Assembly: GCA_040264395.1 (NCBI GenBank)
Contig: JBDQII010000001.1
Coordinates: forward strand, 1 to 48,986
Reading direction: 5' to 3'
Length of the DNA: 48,986 nucleotides
Source of the DNA: Verrucomicrobiota bacterium
GTDB taxonomy: Bacteria; Verrucomicrobiota; Verrucomicrobiia; Limisphaerales; AAA164-E04
Part shown: positions 1-9,659 of the stretch, piece after piece
Numbering within the stretch: position 1 is the first letter of the stretch
How the letters are laid out: each line of letters begins with the position of its first letter
The notes under the pieces: model-generated
The model's input: only the letters and a program-made list of their open reading frames with translations
Database searches by the model: none
Told to the model about the DNA's origin: nothing
Translations under genes and position numbers: made by a program

Positions 1-3000
1 GACCTGCCATTCATATCAATGAAGTACATTATGCGGAGGAAGGAGCGATCGAGTGGGTAGAATTATGGAATGGAGGGAATAGCGAAATCAGAGCTCGTTC
101 ACTCCGATTGGCCGAGGGTGGGCGGTGGAATGATTCAATCGAGATTGTCGATGCTATTCCAAGTAAAGGCTACCTCAAAGTGGAAGCGCCTTTTAAGGTC
201 GGCAGGGGTAGACATATTTTGTCCGTGATTAATTCCAGAGATGAAGTCCTCAATTCTCATCGATTCGGTAGCCCCGGAATTGGGCTGACTTGGCAGGCCT
301 TTCCAAAAGGCAGCAACGAATGGTACGCCACCGCGGATTCGACCCCTTCCACGCTCAACAGACCTTTCGTTCATGATCAGATTGTGATCAATGAAATCAT
401 GTTTGACCCGCCATCCAACCAAGTACGCGCGGAATACATTGAAATTCTGAACCGAAGCGAACAAACCGTCGATCTTTCCGGATGGAGATTCACGGAAGGC
501 GTCAGTTTTGTTTTCCCTTTGGATACTCAATTGAAAGCGGGCGACTTTCTGGTCATCGCAGCAGACCTCGATTGGCTGACAGATGTTCATGGTAAGATTT
601 CGGCACTTGGCAATTATTCAGGTCGCCTCAGCAATAATGGCGAACTCCTTCGCTTGGAGGATCAGTGGGGTAATCTGGTTGACGAAGTAGATTATCGTGT
701 GGGAGGCGAATGGCCGGAAATTTCAAATGGTGGTGGCAGCAGCCTTGAGCTAACGCACCCGAACAATGACAACAACTTTGGTTCGGCTTGGCAGGCGAGT
801 GATGAATCCTCCAAATCTCAATGGCAAACCTATCGATATCAGGGGCGATACGCTCAGAGAGATTCCAGTGGAAGCACAAGCGATTACAAAGAAATCTACT
901 TCCATCTTGTCAACGATGGTCATGTGATGCTCAAGGACGTGAACTTTCGCAGGACTAGAGACGGGGTCAATCTCATCAAAACCGGGAATGTCATGTCCAC
1001 CAATAATCGAAGCGCAACAGGATGGCTGGCTCAAGGCACTCATTGGCAAACGCGCATCGATGGTAACGGAAACTTGAATATCATTTCAGATGGGCGCGGC
1101 GACAATCGACCTAACCGAGTAGAAATCGATATCACTGATATCCGTCGTAATGACGACTGTGAAATTCGCTTTCAGGCGAGGTGGAAAGCAGGTTCTTCAA
1201 GACTGATTTTTTCTACTTGGGATCATAGTATCGCGAACAGTTTCTTGATACCCATTCCCGAAAACCTGGGCACGCCGGGCGCACCCAATTCAAGAGTAAC
1301 ATCTAGCGCACCCGCCCAGCTTGCAAGACTCAATCATTCGCCTGCAGTTCCCACGACACGCGATGATGTCACGATCAGTGCAGACGTGGTCTCCACTGAA
1401 CCGCTCGACTATGTCCGTGTATATCACCGCAGGGATAATTCCAACAACAATGGAAGTTGGAGTTTTGAGGAGATGCATGATGACGGTGCCAACGGTGGCG
1501 ATCTGGCAGACGCAGACGGACGTTTCACCGGACTGGTGACAAACCACAAACAAAATCGGGCAATCGTCCAGTTTTATGTCGAAGCCAGGACGCAGTCTGG
1601 AAATATCATCAGACTCCCACGCAATGCTCCCGACTTGCCTGGGCTCTACATCGTGGATACAAGATCACCCAACACAGATCTAAGAACCATGCGGTTTGTT
1701 GTTTCGGCTTTTGACATGGGAGCTATTTCAGGCGGTGAATCTCAAAAGTACAATTACAAGTTCCCAAGGCTGGCAAACCATTATTTTAACTCCACGTTTA
1801 TTTCCAACGAAGAGGATATCTACTACAACACCAGTATCAGACATACCGGCAGCCCATGGACACGCGGCAACAATCTGGATCGAGCCAAGTTCAAGGTCAC
1901 TCAAGACCGCCCATTCAGGGGAAGGGTCAAACATCGTTGGGACAATGACGCATCCAATAGCGGAAGGCGTCACCACAACCGTATCACGCGTTACATGCTT
2001 TATTTACTCGGTCACCCGGTCAATGAGAATGAGTTCGTTCAGGTCATGATCAATGCCGGCAGCCCTCAATTGCGGGAAGATACAGAACCTGTGGGCAATG
2101 AATTTTTGGATCGTAATTTCGAATCTGGAGCTGATGGGGAACTCTACCGTATCGACGACGAATGGTGGTTTCGGGACAGTTGGGACAGAAAGAATCGCGA
2201 TGCGTCGTGGAATTATAAGAATACCGACAATCCAGGCAATTATCGAACGGAATGGATGAAACGCACGCTGGAAACGGAAGATGATTTCACCGCTCTCATT
2301 AATTTATTTCAGACAGCCTCGGGATCATACAGTCAGGCTCAAATCGAACGACTTGCAGATCCCGATGCAATTATGAAAATGTTCGTCGTACGTGGTTATA
2401 TTGACGATTGGGATTCCATTTCATTGCGCCGAGGAAAAAATGGATACATGTATCGCAGGGCTACGGACGGAAAATTTCAGTTTATTCACTGGGACAGCGA
2501 TCTGACTTTTGGAAACTCGGGTGCAAATTTTTACCAAGGCTTACCTGGCGTGAACACCTACATTCGAAAAGATTACAATTTACGGAAGTTCAATTATTAC
2601 ATGACCGAGCTCCTTGAAAAATATACCAAGGACTCGCCCCGAATGCTGGCCTGGCTGGATCTGGAAGAAGATGCCAGCCGAAGTTATTCCATCAATGAGC
2701 GCACCTACACTAATTGGTTCAATGCCCGTGAGGGAAGAGGGTTCAACTTGATGAGACGTTACAATAATGTTTCCTTCAAAATAAGCACTGGAAACGGAGA
2801 AAACATCACAACCGCAAGTGAATCACTGGAAATCAAAGGCCAATCGGCTCCCGGTGTTTACAGAGTTGTCGTAGAAGGACAACCTCAAGCCTCTTTCAAA
2901 AGTGATGGGATGATGAATTGGACGGTATCCGCTCTCAACTTGAAAAAGGGGGAAAATCAACTCAAGTTACACGGATTGGATCAATGGGGGGAAATTCGAG

Positions 3001-5807
3001 AAACTGCCGAATTCACCGTTCATAAAACAAACAACACAAAGCCGACCATCGCAATTCAAGCGCGCCCTGCATCTTGGAATGTGAATACAGATCAAACTTT
3101 GCGTCTGGATGTCGGGGCAAGTTTTGATCCTGAAGGAGACACACTTGATTTCAGCTGGGGATCCCCTGCCGATGGAATCGAACTTATTCCAGATCCATCG
3201 AATCAGGCCTCTGCCCGATTTGCGGGGCCAGGGTGGTATGATATTGAGGTTACCACGGAGGACAGTAATGGAAATATGGCAACGTCCACTCGTCAGGCAT
3301 CTGTTTTTGGCAGGCATGGATTCAGTGATTTCAGCGCATTACAGCTCGATCCATGGTGGACGATTGAACATGGTAAAATGGCAGACAATCGACCCGAGGG
3401 AGTATGGTTTTCATTAGAAGATAACCCCGGCCATTTAACGATCAGTATGAGTGGCCCTGAAGCTCATCCATGGAATCAGAATCAATCCAATTTTCCCTTT
3501 ATTTCGAGAAGCATTCCGAAAAAAACGGATTGGTCACTCCATGCAAAAATTGCGCTCGACTCCAATCTCGACCAGAACTTCTGGACCGGCTTGATGGCTG
3601 TTGTTCAGGAGAATGGCCAGGATGTTTATTACGGCATCGGATTGGAGGGTGGAGACCGGTTAAAAGTTGCCAGAAAAACCAAAAATGGTTCCATTTTGAC
3701 TATCGGACGCATCAATCTCGATATTCCTGAAGCAACCATACGCATTCGCAGATCAGGCAATACACTTCGTTTCGAAACAGGAAAATCGGGCGAATGGCAA
3801 ACCATTACAACCAGGAATTTACCGACCAATGCAAGCGCATCCAAAGGAGGGGTTTTCATGAGTGCAGAACAAGCAGTGAATGCAGATGCAAATGTGGATT
3901 TTGCAATGCTCGTGGATCCCGCCCTGACGAGTGACCTTGTGTTGGCAGTTCGCCCAACAGAAATAATGTACCACCCAACAGACGCATCAGGTGTCGAATT
4001 CATAGAACTGACAAACATCAGCGAAAACACCCTCGATCTGGCTGGTGGGAAATTCATAGAAGGTATTCGATATCAGTTTGCACCTACCTCTTTGCAGCCT
4101 CGAGAGCGCATTGTCATTGCAGGAGATAGAAATGCGTTTCTGGCATTTTACGGGGAAACCAATATTCGTCTCGCAGAAGGTTCTTTTGATGGACGGTTGG
4201 CAGATGAAGGAGAACGGGTAACCTTCGTCGACGCAGATGGAAATGTTGTCTTTTCCGTAAATTACAACGATTCGGGTGATTGGCCCAAACGTGCGGACGG
4301 CTTTGGAAGTTCCCTTCAAGTCGTGAACCTTAGGGGTGACTTCAATAATCCCGAACATTGGACTGCAAGTCAGGAAGTGAATGGAACACCCGGTGTTGAG
4401 GGACAAACGTCACCACAGGCCGTCGTCATTAATGAGGTATTGACTCACACAGATCCCCCTTTTGAAGATGCGATTGAGCTTTATAATACCAGTGATGCTC
4501 CTGTGAATATTGGGCGATGGTTCCTGAGTGATAATTCGAATAATTACCAGAAATATCAAATACCCGTAAATACGGTGATTGCTCCCAAAGGGTTTTATGT
4601 CGCCTATCAGCGGGACTTTTTTGCCGCCAACCCACGCGTTCCGTTTGCTTTGAACTCGGCTTTCGGTGATGAAGTTCACCTGACCCAAAGTGATGCAGAG
4701 GGCAATGCCATGGCTTTTGTGGATACCATCGCATTCCCGGCTGCAGAAAATGGGCGATCCATGGGGCGATTTCCGGATGGATCCAAGTCTATTCGAACAT
4801 TGGAATATCAGACATTCGGAACCCAATTGAATAATTCAGATGCCCCGGAAAAACTGGATTTGTTTGTTCTGGGCTCAGGAGCGCCAAACGCAGAACCATT
4901 TGTAGGCTCGGTCGCCGTGAGTCGCATCATGTATCACCCCACCTTTGGCAACGACGAGTATTTTGAGCTGCGGAACTTAAAAAACCGTGAAGTGACTTTG
5001 TTTGATCCAAACATCCCGCAAAACACATGGCGTATTCGTGGTGGTGTTGATCTGGATTTACCCACAGGCATCCGTATTCCTCCTCTGGGTCGATTGATTG
5101 TGGCTGGGCTGGAACCCGATGTTTACCGCTCAAAATACGAGATCTCCAATGCGGTGACCATCATCGGGCCCTATGAGGGGAAACTTGATAACAATGGTGA
5201 AACCATTCGCTTGCTCAGGCCTGATTCCCCCGTGATGGCTCCGGATCCAGACGCAGGTTTTGTGCCTTATTTGTATGTCGATGAAGTGAAATACAACAAC
5301 GAACTCCCATGGCCTCGCGCGGCGGATGGATTGGGAGCTGGACTCCAGCGAATCGATCTAGCAATGGATGGAAGTGATGCGGGTAATTGGACCTCGTTTC
5401 GACCCGGCGTTGGCACGAAGGACGATCTTGATGAAGACGGCATGTCCGACGTTTGGGAAAAATTATTTGGATTCGACCCCTCTGATGCATCCGATGCATT
5501 TCTGGATACAGATGGAGATGGTTCATTAAATATCGAAGAATTCCTGGCACAAACAGATCCAACAAATGCAGAAAGCAGCCTCAGGTTGGACAGCCTGAGT
5601 TTAAGTGACGATGGAAATCAAGCCATTGTTAGATTTCAAGCGCAATCTGGCGTGACTTATGCAATTGAAACCACGGCTTTCATTCAAAGCAATGCCTGGA
5701 AGGAAATCGCTCGCACGACCCCTACCACCACGCCCGATCTGTTAGAAATACCATTGGATATCATAGAGCCTTTATATCAGTTCTACCGTTTGAAAGTCGT
5801 TGAATAA
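1..5807 (+). CDS. Giant secreted multidomain protein, 5' end cut off by the window edge: several lamin-tail domains (LTD), a CotH-like domain, a PKD-like repeat, a LamG/DUF1080-like jelly roll and TSP3-like Ca-binding repeats
   Basis: The reading frame is open from nt 3. It reads PAIHINEVHYAEEGAIEWVELWNGGNSEI upstream of the TTG at 108 that the ORF track used, so the true start lies outside the window. LTD signatures recur: INEIMFDP..EYIEILN, TEIMYHP..EFIELTN, INEVLTH..DAIELYN, SRIMYHP..EYFELRN. The central region looks CotH-like (YNYKFPRLANHY ... FIHWDSDLTFG). There is a PKD-like segment (DVGASFDPEGDTLDFSWG) and D-rich repeats (DLDEDGMSD, DTDGDGSLNIEE). The single ORF is uninterrupted for about 5.7 kb. 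Confidence 0.85.
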   Translation, partial: PAIHINEVHYAEEGAIEWVELWNGGNSEIRARSLRLAEGGRWNDSIEIVDAIPSKGYLKVEAPFKVGRGRHILSVINSRDEVLNSHRFGSPGIGLTWQAFPKGSNEWYATADSTPSTLNRPFVHDQIVINEIMFDPPSNQVRAEYIEILNRSEQTVDLSGWRFTEGVSFVFPLDTQLKAGDFLVIAADLDWLTDVHGKISALGNYSGRLSNNGELLRLEDQWGNLVDEVDYRVGGEWPEISNGGGSSLELTHPNNDNNFGSAWQASDESSKSQWQTYRYQGRYAQRDSSGSTSDYKEIYFHLVNDGHVMLKDVNFRRTRDGVNLIKTGNVMSTNNRSATGWLAQGTHWQTRIDGNGNLNIISDGRGDNRPNRVEIDITDIRRNDDCEIRFQARWKAGSSRLIFSTWDHSIANSFLIPIPENLGTPGAPNSRVTSSAPAQLARLNHSPAVPTTRDDVTISADVVSTEPLDYVRVYHRRDNSNNNGSWSFEEMHDDGANGGDLADADGRFTGLVTNHKQNRAIVQFYVEARTQSGNIIRLPRNAPDLPGLYIVDTRSPNTDLRTMRFVVSAFDMGAISGGESQKYNYKFPRLANHYFNSTFISNEEDIYYNTSIRHTGSPWTRGNNLDRAKFKVTQDRPFRGRVKHRWDNDASNSGRRHHNRITRYMLYLLGHPVNENEFVQVMINAGSPQLREDTEPVGNEFLDRNFESGADGELYRIDDEWWFRDSWDRKNRDASWNYKNTDNPGNYRTEWMKRTLETEDDFTALINLFQTASGSYSQAQIERLADPDAIMKMFVVRGYIDDWDSISLRRGKNGYMYRRATDGKFQFIHWDSDLTFGNSGANFYQGLPGVNTYIRKDYNLRKFNYYMTELLEKYTKDSPRMLAWLDLEEDASRSYSINERTYTNWFNAREGRGFNLMRRYNNVSFKISTGNGENITTASESLEIKGQSAPGVYRVVVEGQPQASFKSDGMMNWTVSALNLKKGENQLKLHGLDQWGEIRETAEFTVHKTNNTKPTIAIQARPASWNVNTDQTLRLDVGASFDPEGDTLDFSWGSPADGIELIPDPSNQASARFAGPGWYDIEVTTEDSNGNMATSTRQASVFGRHGFSDFSALQLDPWWTIEHGKMADNRPEGVWFSLEDNPGHLTISMSGPEAHPWNQNQSNFPFISRSIPKKTDWSLHAKIALDSNLDQNFWTGLMAVVQENGQDVYYGIGLEGGDRLKVARKTKNGSILTIGRINLDIPEATIRIRRSGNTLRFETGKSGEWQTITTRNLPTNASASKGGVFMSAEQAVNADANVDFAMLVDPALTSDLVLAVRPTEIMYHPTDASGVEFIELTNISENTLDLAGGKFIEGIRYQFAPTSLQPRERIVIAGDRNAFLAFYGETNIRLAEGSFDGRLADEGERVTFVDADGNVVFSVNYNDSGDWPKRADGFGSSLQVVNLRGDFNNPEHWTASQEVNGTPGVEGQTSPQAVVINEVLTHTDPPFEDAIELYNTSDAPVNIGRWFLSDNSNNYQKYQIPVNTVIAPKGFYVAYQRDFFAANPRVPFALNSAFGDEVHLTQSDAEGNAMAFVDTIAFPAAENGRSMGRFPDGSKSIRTLEYQTFGTQLNNSDAPEKLDLFVLGSGAPNAEPFVGSVAVSRIMYHPTFGNDEYFELRNLKNREVTLFDPNIPQNTWRIRGGVDLDLPTGIRIPPLGRLIVAGLEPDVYRSKYEISNAVTIIGPYEGKLDNNGETIRLLRPDSPVMAPDPDAGFVPYLYVDEVKYNNELPWPRAADGLGAGLQRIDLAMDGSDAGNWTSFRPGVGTKDDLDEDGMSDVWEKLFGFDPSDASDAFLDTDGDGSLNIEEFLAQTDPTNAESSLRLDSLSLSDDGNQAIVRFQAQSGVTYAIETTAFIQSNAWKEIARTTPTTTPDLLEIPLDIIEPLYQFYRLKVVE

Positions 5808-5899
5808 GCATGCGGTCGGGCATTTGCTGCAGATTGGACATAGCGTATCTTTGGAAAGCAAAACGCTATTGAATGTTTTACTTAACCTGAGGGAAAATA

Positions 5900-7450
5900 A
5901 TGAAAACTGTTATGGAGATCAGTCTCTTCGTCGGCTGTATACTGGCGGCAATTTGCCCTCTGGACACCCAAGGAGCGCTCCCTAATATTGTCATCCTTTA
6001 TGCCGACGACCTTGGATACGGTGATGTGCAGTGCTACAACAAAGAGCAGGGTCGAATTCCGACACCTCACATTGATCGTTTGGCACGTGGTGGCATGCGG
6101 TTTACAGATGCACATTCTTCTTCAGGCGTGTGCACACCTTCACGATATACCCTCCTCACGGGTCGTTATCACTGGAGAACCAAACTGCAATCAGGTATCG
6201 TCGGTTTGTGGGGAAATCCCCTGATTGCTGAAGATCGATTGACCATCGGAGATCTTGCACAAAAGAAAAGATACCATACCGCCTGTATCGGCAAATGGCA
6301 TTTAGGATGGGATTGGCCTATTGCAAATGAACAACGCAAGACCATGCAACAATCATATCCCAAAAACGCCCAAGCAACATCCGAGCAACGTGAGCTGTGG
6401 GCCTCTGTTTTTGGAAAACCCATTGCTGGCGGACCCGTTACTCGAGGATTTGATTTTTACTTTGGAACGGATGTTCCCAATTGGCCTCCTTACTGTTTCA
6501 TTGAGAATGATCAAACAGTCGGGGTTCCATCCGAGTTTCTTGACGAAAAGCAACTCGCACGCAATCTCGCAAGCAAACAAGGCCCCGCACTCAGGGACTG
6601 GGATCTGGAAAACATCTTACCTGCACTCAAAAAACGTGCGGTGAATTATCTCGCCGAACAAGCCAAGACAGCGAATCCCTTCTTGCTCTATCTACCTTTT
6701 ACCTCACCACACACACCTCTGTCAGTGAGTGCGGAATGGAAAGGAAAAAGCGGATTGGGTTCTTATGCCGATCTCGTGATGGAGACGGATGGTGTGGTTG
6801 GATCCATTCTCGGTGCCCTCGATCAACATGGCTTGACTGAAAATACAATAGTCTTATTCACGAGTGATAACGGGTGCGCCCACTACATCGATGTCCATCA
6901 ACTTGAAGCAAAGGGTCATTATCCAAGCGGTCCATTGCGTGGATACAAATCGGACACCTGGGAAGGGGGACATCGTATCCCTTTCATCGTACGCTGGCCG
7001 GGAGTGATCGCACCTGATGCTGTAAGCAACGCATTGATTCATCAGGCAGATTTGCTTGCAACATTGGCTGAAATCATTGAAATCGATTTAAAGCCTCACG
7101 AGGGAGAGGATAGTTTCAGCTTGCTGCCATTATTACAGGGTGACACGAAGGATTCACCCCGCAGCCATTCGGTAAGCTGTTCCATTAGAGGTGTCCCCAG
7201 TATTCGCCAGGGACACTGGAAACTCATCTTGGATGCTGGCTCTGGTGGATGGAGCCAAGGCGAAGTCACAACTGATTTGCAACTCTATCGCTTGGATAAG
7301 GACATAGGTGAAACTCAAAACCTTGCACCAGCGTTCCCGGGAGAAATCGAGCAGATAAAAAAGATGTTCGAGACCCTGATCAACCGAGGGCGCAGTACTT
7401 CTGGATCTCGACAGAACAATGACGTCGAAGTAAAGCGGTATCTCAATTGA
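5900..7450 (+). CDS. Arylsulfatase (formylglycine-dependent sulfatase family), secreted
   Basis: ATG start follows GAGGGA. N-terminal hydrophobic signal. Sulfatase N-terminus PNIVILYADDLGYGD. Catalytic CxPxR motif SSSGVCTPSRYTLLTGRY. GKWHLG, TSDNG and GGHRIPFIVRWPG motifs. Confidence 0.92.
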   Translation: MKTVMEISLFVGCILAAICPLDTQGALPNIVILYADDLGYGDVQCYNKEQGRIPTPHIDRLARGGMRFTDAHSSSGVCTPSRYTLLTGRYHWRTKLQSGIVGLWGNPLIAEDRLTIGDLAQKKRYHTACIGKWHLGWDWPIANEQRKTMQQSYPKNAQATSEQRELWASVFGKPIAGGPVTRGFDFYFGTDVPNWPPYCFIENDQTVGVPSEFLDEKQLARNLASKQGPALRDWDLENILPALKKRAVNYLAEQAKTANPFLLYLPFTSPHTPLSVSAEWKGKSGLGSYADLVMETDGVVGSILGALDQHGLTENTIVLFTSDNGCAHYIDVHQLEAKGHYPSGPLRGYKSDTWEGGHRIPFIVRWPGVIAPDAVSNALIHQADLLATLAEIIEIDLKPHEGEDSFSLLPLLQGDTKDSPRSHSVSCSIRGVPSIRQGHWKLILDAGSGGWSQGEVTTDLQLYRLDKDIGETQNLAPAFPGEIEQIKKMFETLINRGRSTSGSRQNNDVEVKRYLN

Positions 7451-7519
7451 GAAAACTCAATATTTAGCCTTTTTTGATTATACGGCCTATCTGCGTATGG
7501 GTGATAGCTTTGCCCAAAT

Positions 7520-8563
7520 CTACTTCTTCCTTGGAAAAGGCCGCAATCCCAACAGCATTTCGGATTTCTGGGTCAGCGGTTTATCAGCAAAGCTTGTATC
7601 AGTATATTCAGCAAGATGGTTTACTATATCGGAATAAACAATCTGCCGGTCCTGACTCGTGTCGATTTCAACGCACTTATTTTTGCTCCTGAAGTAATCA
7701 ACAGCAGGCAACGTTTCTGCTTTGAAAGTATCGAATCGCAGTTTGATACTCTCTAAATTATCGTCACTTCTTCCGCTGAAGCTAGCGCGGCCAAGAATGC
7801 GCTGCTCAAGAACATCATAGGGACACTCCAGATAAAGCATTTTGGGAAGCATGGATTCTTGACCAAAGATTTCGAACCATCCTTCCAAATTTTTCATGGA
7901 TCGGGGAAATCCGTCGAGAAGGAAGTTATTCTTTCCTGTGGTTCGAGTCGCACACTCCATGGCGTTCTTGAGCAAAGTCACGACGATGTCGTTGGGTGCC
8001 AGTTTTCCAGCCTGAAGGCATTCTGCAATCATGTCCGCTTTCACCCCACCCCTCTCAAGCTCAGCACGAAGCAGTTCCCCCATCGAAAGGTGTATCCAAC
8101 CAAGTTGAGTCTCAGCCAGCTCACACATGGTCCCTTTGCCACTGCCGGGTCCGCCTAGAACAAAGACAACGTTGGGTTTTGGACATGGTTTTCTGGGATC
8201 AAAGTGATGAAGCACCACCTTTGGTGCGGGTGCCACACCCTTTTTATAGACATTCCACTCACGGTCAGTCGGCGGAAGTGTATCCTCACAAGTGATTTCA
8301 TAAGCGAGATGACCATCCAGACGTGAAATCCTCCAGGATTGGTAAGTGTTGGAATATGAGAGAGAGGGACTTCTGGCTGAGGCCCCATCAGCACGATCCC
8401 AAGCCATCTTGCCATTCCAGTAACCGATACTTGATAAGGTCCCGGATTCTGATTTGGTCGGAGCTGCCTTTGAGGGAACGAATAGCCCATCGATCTCCGG
8501 AAGACCAGATCCCGATACTTCAATGAATAGCGTGTTGGTTTCTTGCTCGATTATTTCAACCAT
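7520..8563 (-). CDS. UMP-CMP kinase / short-type adenylate kinase domain (C-terminal ~220 aa) fused to an unassigned ~125-aa N-terminal domain
   Basis: P-loop VFVLGGPGSGKGT, NMP-binding LLDGFPRS, and a short LID segment RASFSGRSDDNLESIKLRFDTFKAETLPAVDYF that matches the eukaryotic UMP-CMP kinase pattern. The N-terminal 125 aa (SGSGLPEIDGLFVPS...YWNGKMAW...LPPTDREWNVYKKGVAPAP) match no bacterial family I recognise. Confidence 0.8.
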   Translation of the reverse strand: MVEIIEQETNTLFIEVSGSGLPEIDGLFVPSKAAPTKSESGTLSSIGYWNGKMAWDRADGASARSPSLSYSNTYQSWRISRLDGHLAYEITCEDTLPPTDREWNVYKKGVAPAPKVVLHHFDPRKPCPKPNVVFVLGGPGSGKGTMCELAETQLGWIHLSMGELLRAELERGGVKADMIAECLQAGKLAPNDIVVTLLKNAMECATRTTGKNNFLLDGFPRSMKNLEGWFEIFGQESMLPKMLYLECPYDVLEQRILGRASFSGRSDDNLESIKLRFDTFKAETLPAVDYFRSKNKCVEIDTSQDRQIVYSDIVNHLAEYTDTSFADKPLTQKSEMLLGLRPFPRKK

Positions 8564-8615
8564 GGTTTCTTTGATGATACCTGCTTTAGAATAGGCATCC
8601 TAAGTGTGCCCACTC

Positions 8616-8675
8616 ATCACGATGTCATTCATATGGATGTCTGGATTAATGACGTCATTCTTTAAGCATCGTGAT
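8616..8675. repeat. Inverted repeat (9 bp, ATCACGATG / CATCGTGAT) that encloses a perfect 12-bp palindrome AATGACGTCATT (8648-8659) and a GTCATTC direct repeat
   Basis: Read directly from the sequence. It lies in the 343-bp spacer between the AIM24-family gene stop (8907) and the kinase-fusion gene start (8563). Confidence 0.6.
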
Positions 8676-8906
8676 AAGCCCAGAGCTTCGGCTGTTCGCG
8701 GGATTGAGTCAATATCTCATCTGCATCTATTCATGAAGTGGGATCGGGAATGCAAGCAATCAATCAGAAGCTTTTGGCCTGCTGACTAGCCGTTACCACA
8801 ACAGATCGAAGCCTTCGCATGAAATCATCAAATTATAAATCAATTCGACAAGAGACAACCTCAATGAAATGTATTCGCCCTGATGCCTGTTGACGATGGC
8901 ACTGGT

Positions 8907-9584
8907 TTATTTACCAGACGTGCTCGCAGGCAAAACTGATCGCATCTGTGATAACAGGTTGTTATGTAAATTTGGCACTGGCGCCAGTAAAACACGTCCT
9001 TTGCCACTGATCACATTAACCAGACCCTCTCCCGATGCCATGGAGCTAAGAATGCCTTTTGCCGCTTTTTGAACAGAGTAATCCAGGTGCGCTTGTCTGG
9101 CTATGGCGAAGGAGCCATCCACAGTCAGTTTATCGTTATCCAAGTCAAGAATTTCAATTTTCCCAGGTGCTTGAATCAACACCTTTCCGGTTCCTTGAAT
9201 TTTAGTTTGAAATAGACCTTCTCCCCCGACAAGACCTGAGACGGCCTTGTTTCTGAATGCGCCTACTTCGACCGATCCATCAGAACAAAGGTATGCGCCT
9301 TTGTCCAAAATCCATGCCTCATCTTCCAAAACAAGTTCATGGTATTCTCCAAAGATAGGTGGACCAAAAAATATCTGACCGGACCCTTTGTAGGCAGGCT
9401 TGAAAACAGACTCCTTGGTGACCAAAGACTTCAGAAAACCTTTGGCTGATGGCATGGCGGTTGTCAGCTCAATATCACCCAACATGTAGTGAAGTGCTCC
9501 GGCTTCAGCCCGTATGGTTTCACTCTGAATGGTTGCTTTTACCATTTTGAGTCCTTCTTTTTCGATTATTTCAAATGTGGCCAT
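8907..9584 (-). CDS. AIM24 / DUF124 (TIGR00266-like) family protein
   Basis: The full-length pattern is typical of the family: AGALHYMLGDIEL, FFGPPIFGE, LDKGAYLCSDGSVEV, GGEGLFQTKIQGTGKVLIQAPG, VDGSFAIA, SGEGLVNVISGKGRVLLAP. Confidence 0.75.
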   Translation of the reverse strand: MATFEIIEKEGLKMVKATIQSETIRAEAGALHYMLGDIELTTAMPSAKGFLKSLVTKESVFKPAYKGSGQIFFGPPIFGEYHELVLEDEAWILDKGAYLCSDGSVEVGAFRNKAVSGLVGGEGLFQTKIQGTGKVLIQAPGKIEILDLDNDKLTVDGSFAIARQAHLDYSVQKAAKGILSSMASGEGLVNVISGKGRVLLAPVPNLHNNLLSQMRSVLPASTSGK

Positions 9585-9659
9585 ATCAGTAGATAATAGG
9601 GACTGAACCCTTTAGACTTCAAATAAGTTTCATTTTTTGAGTTATTTCATAGAGGGCAC

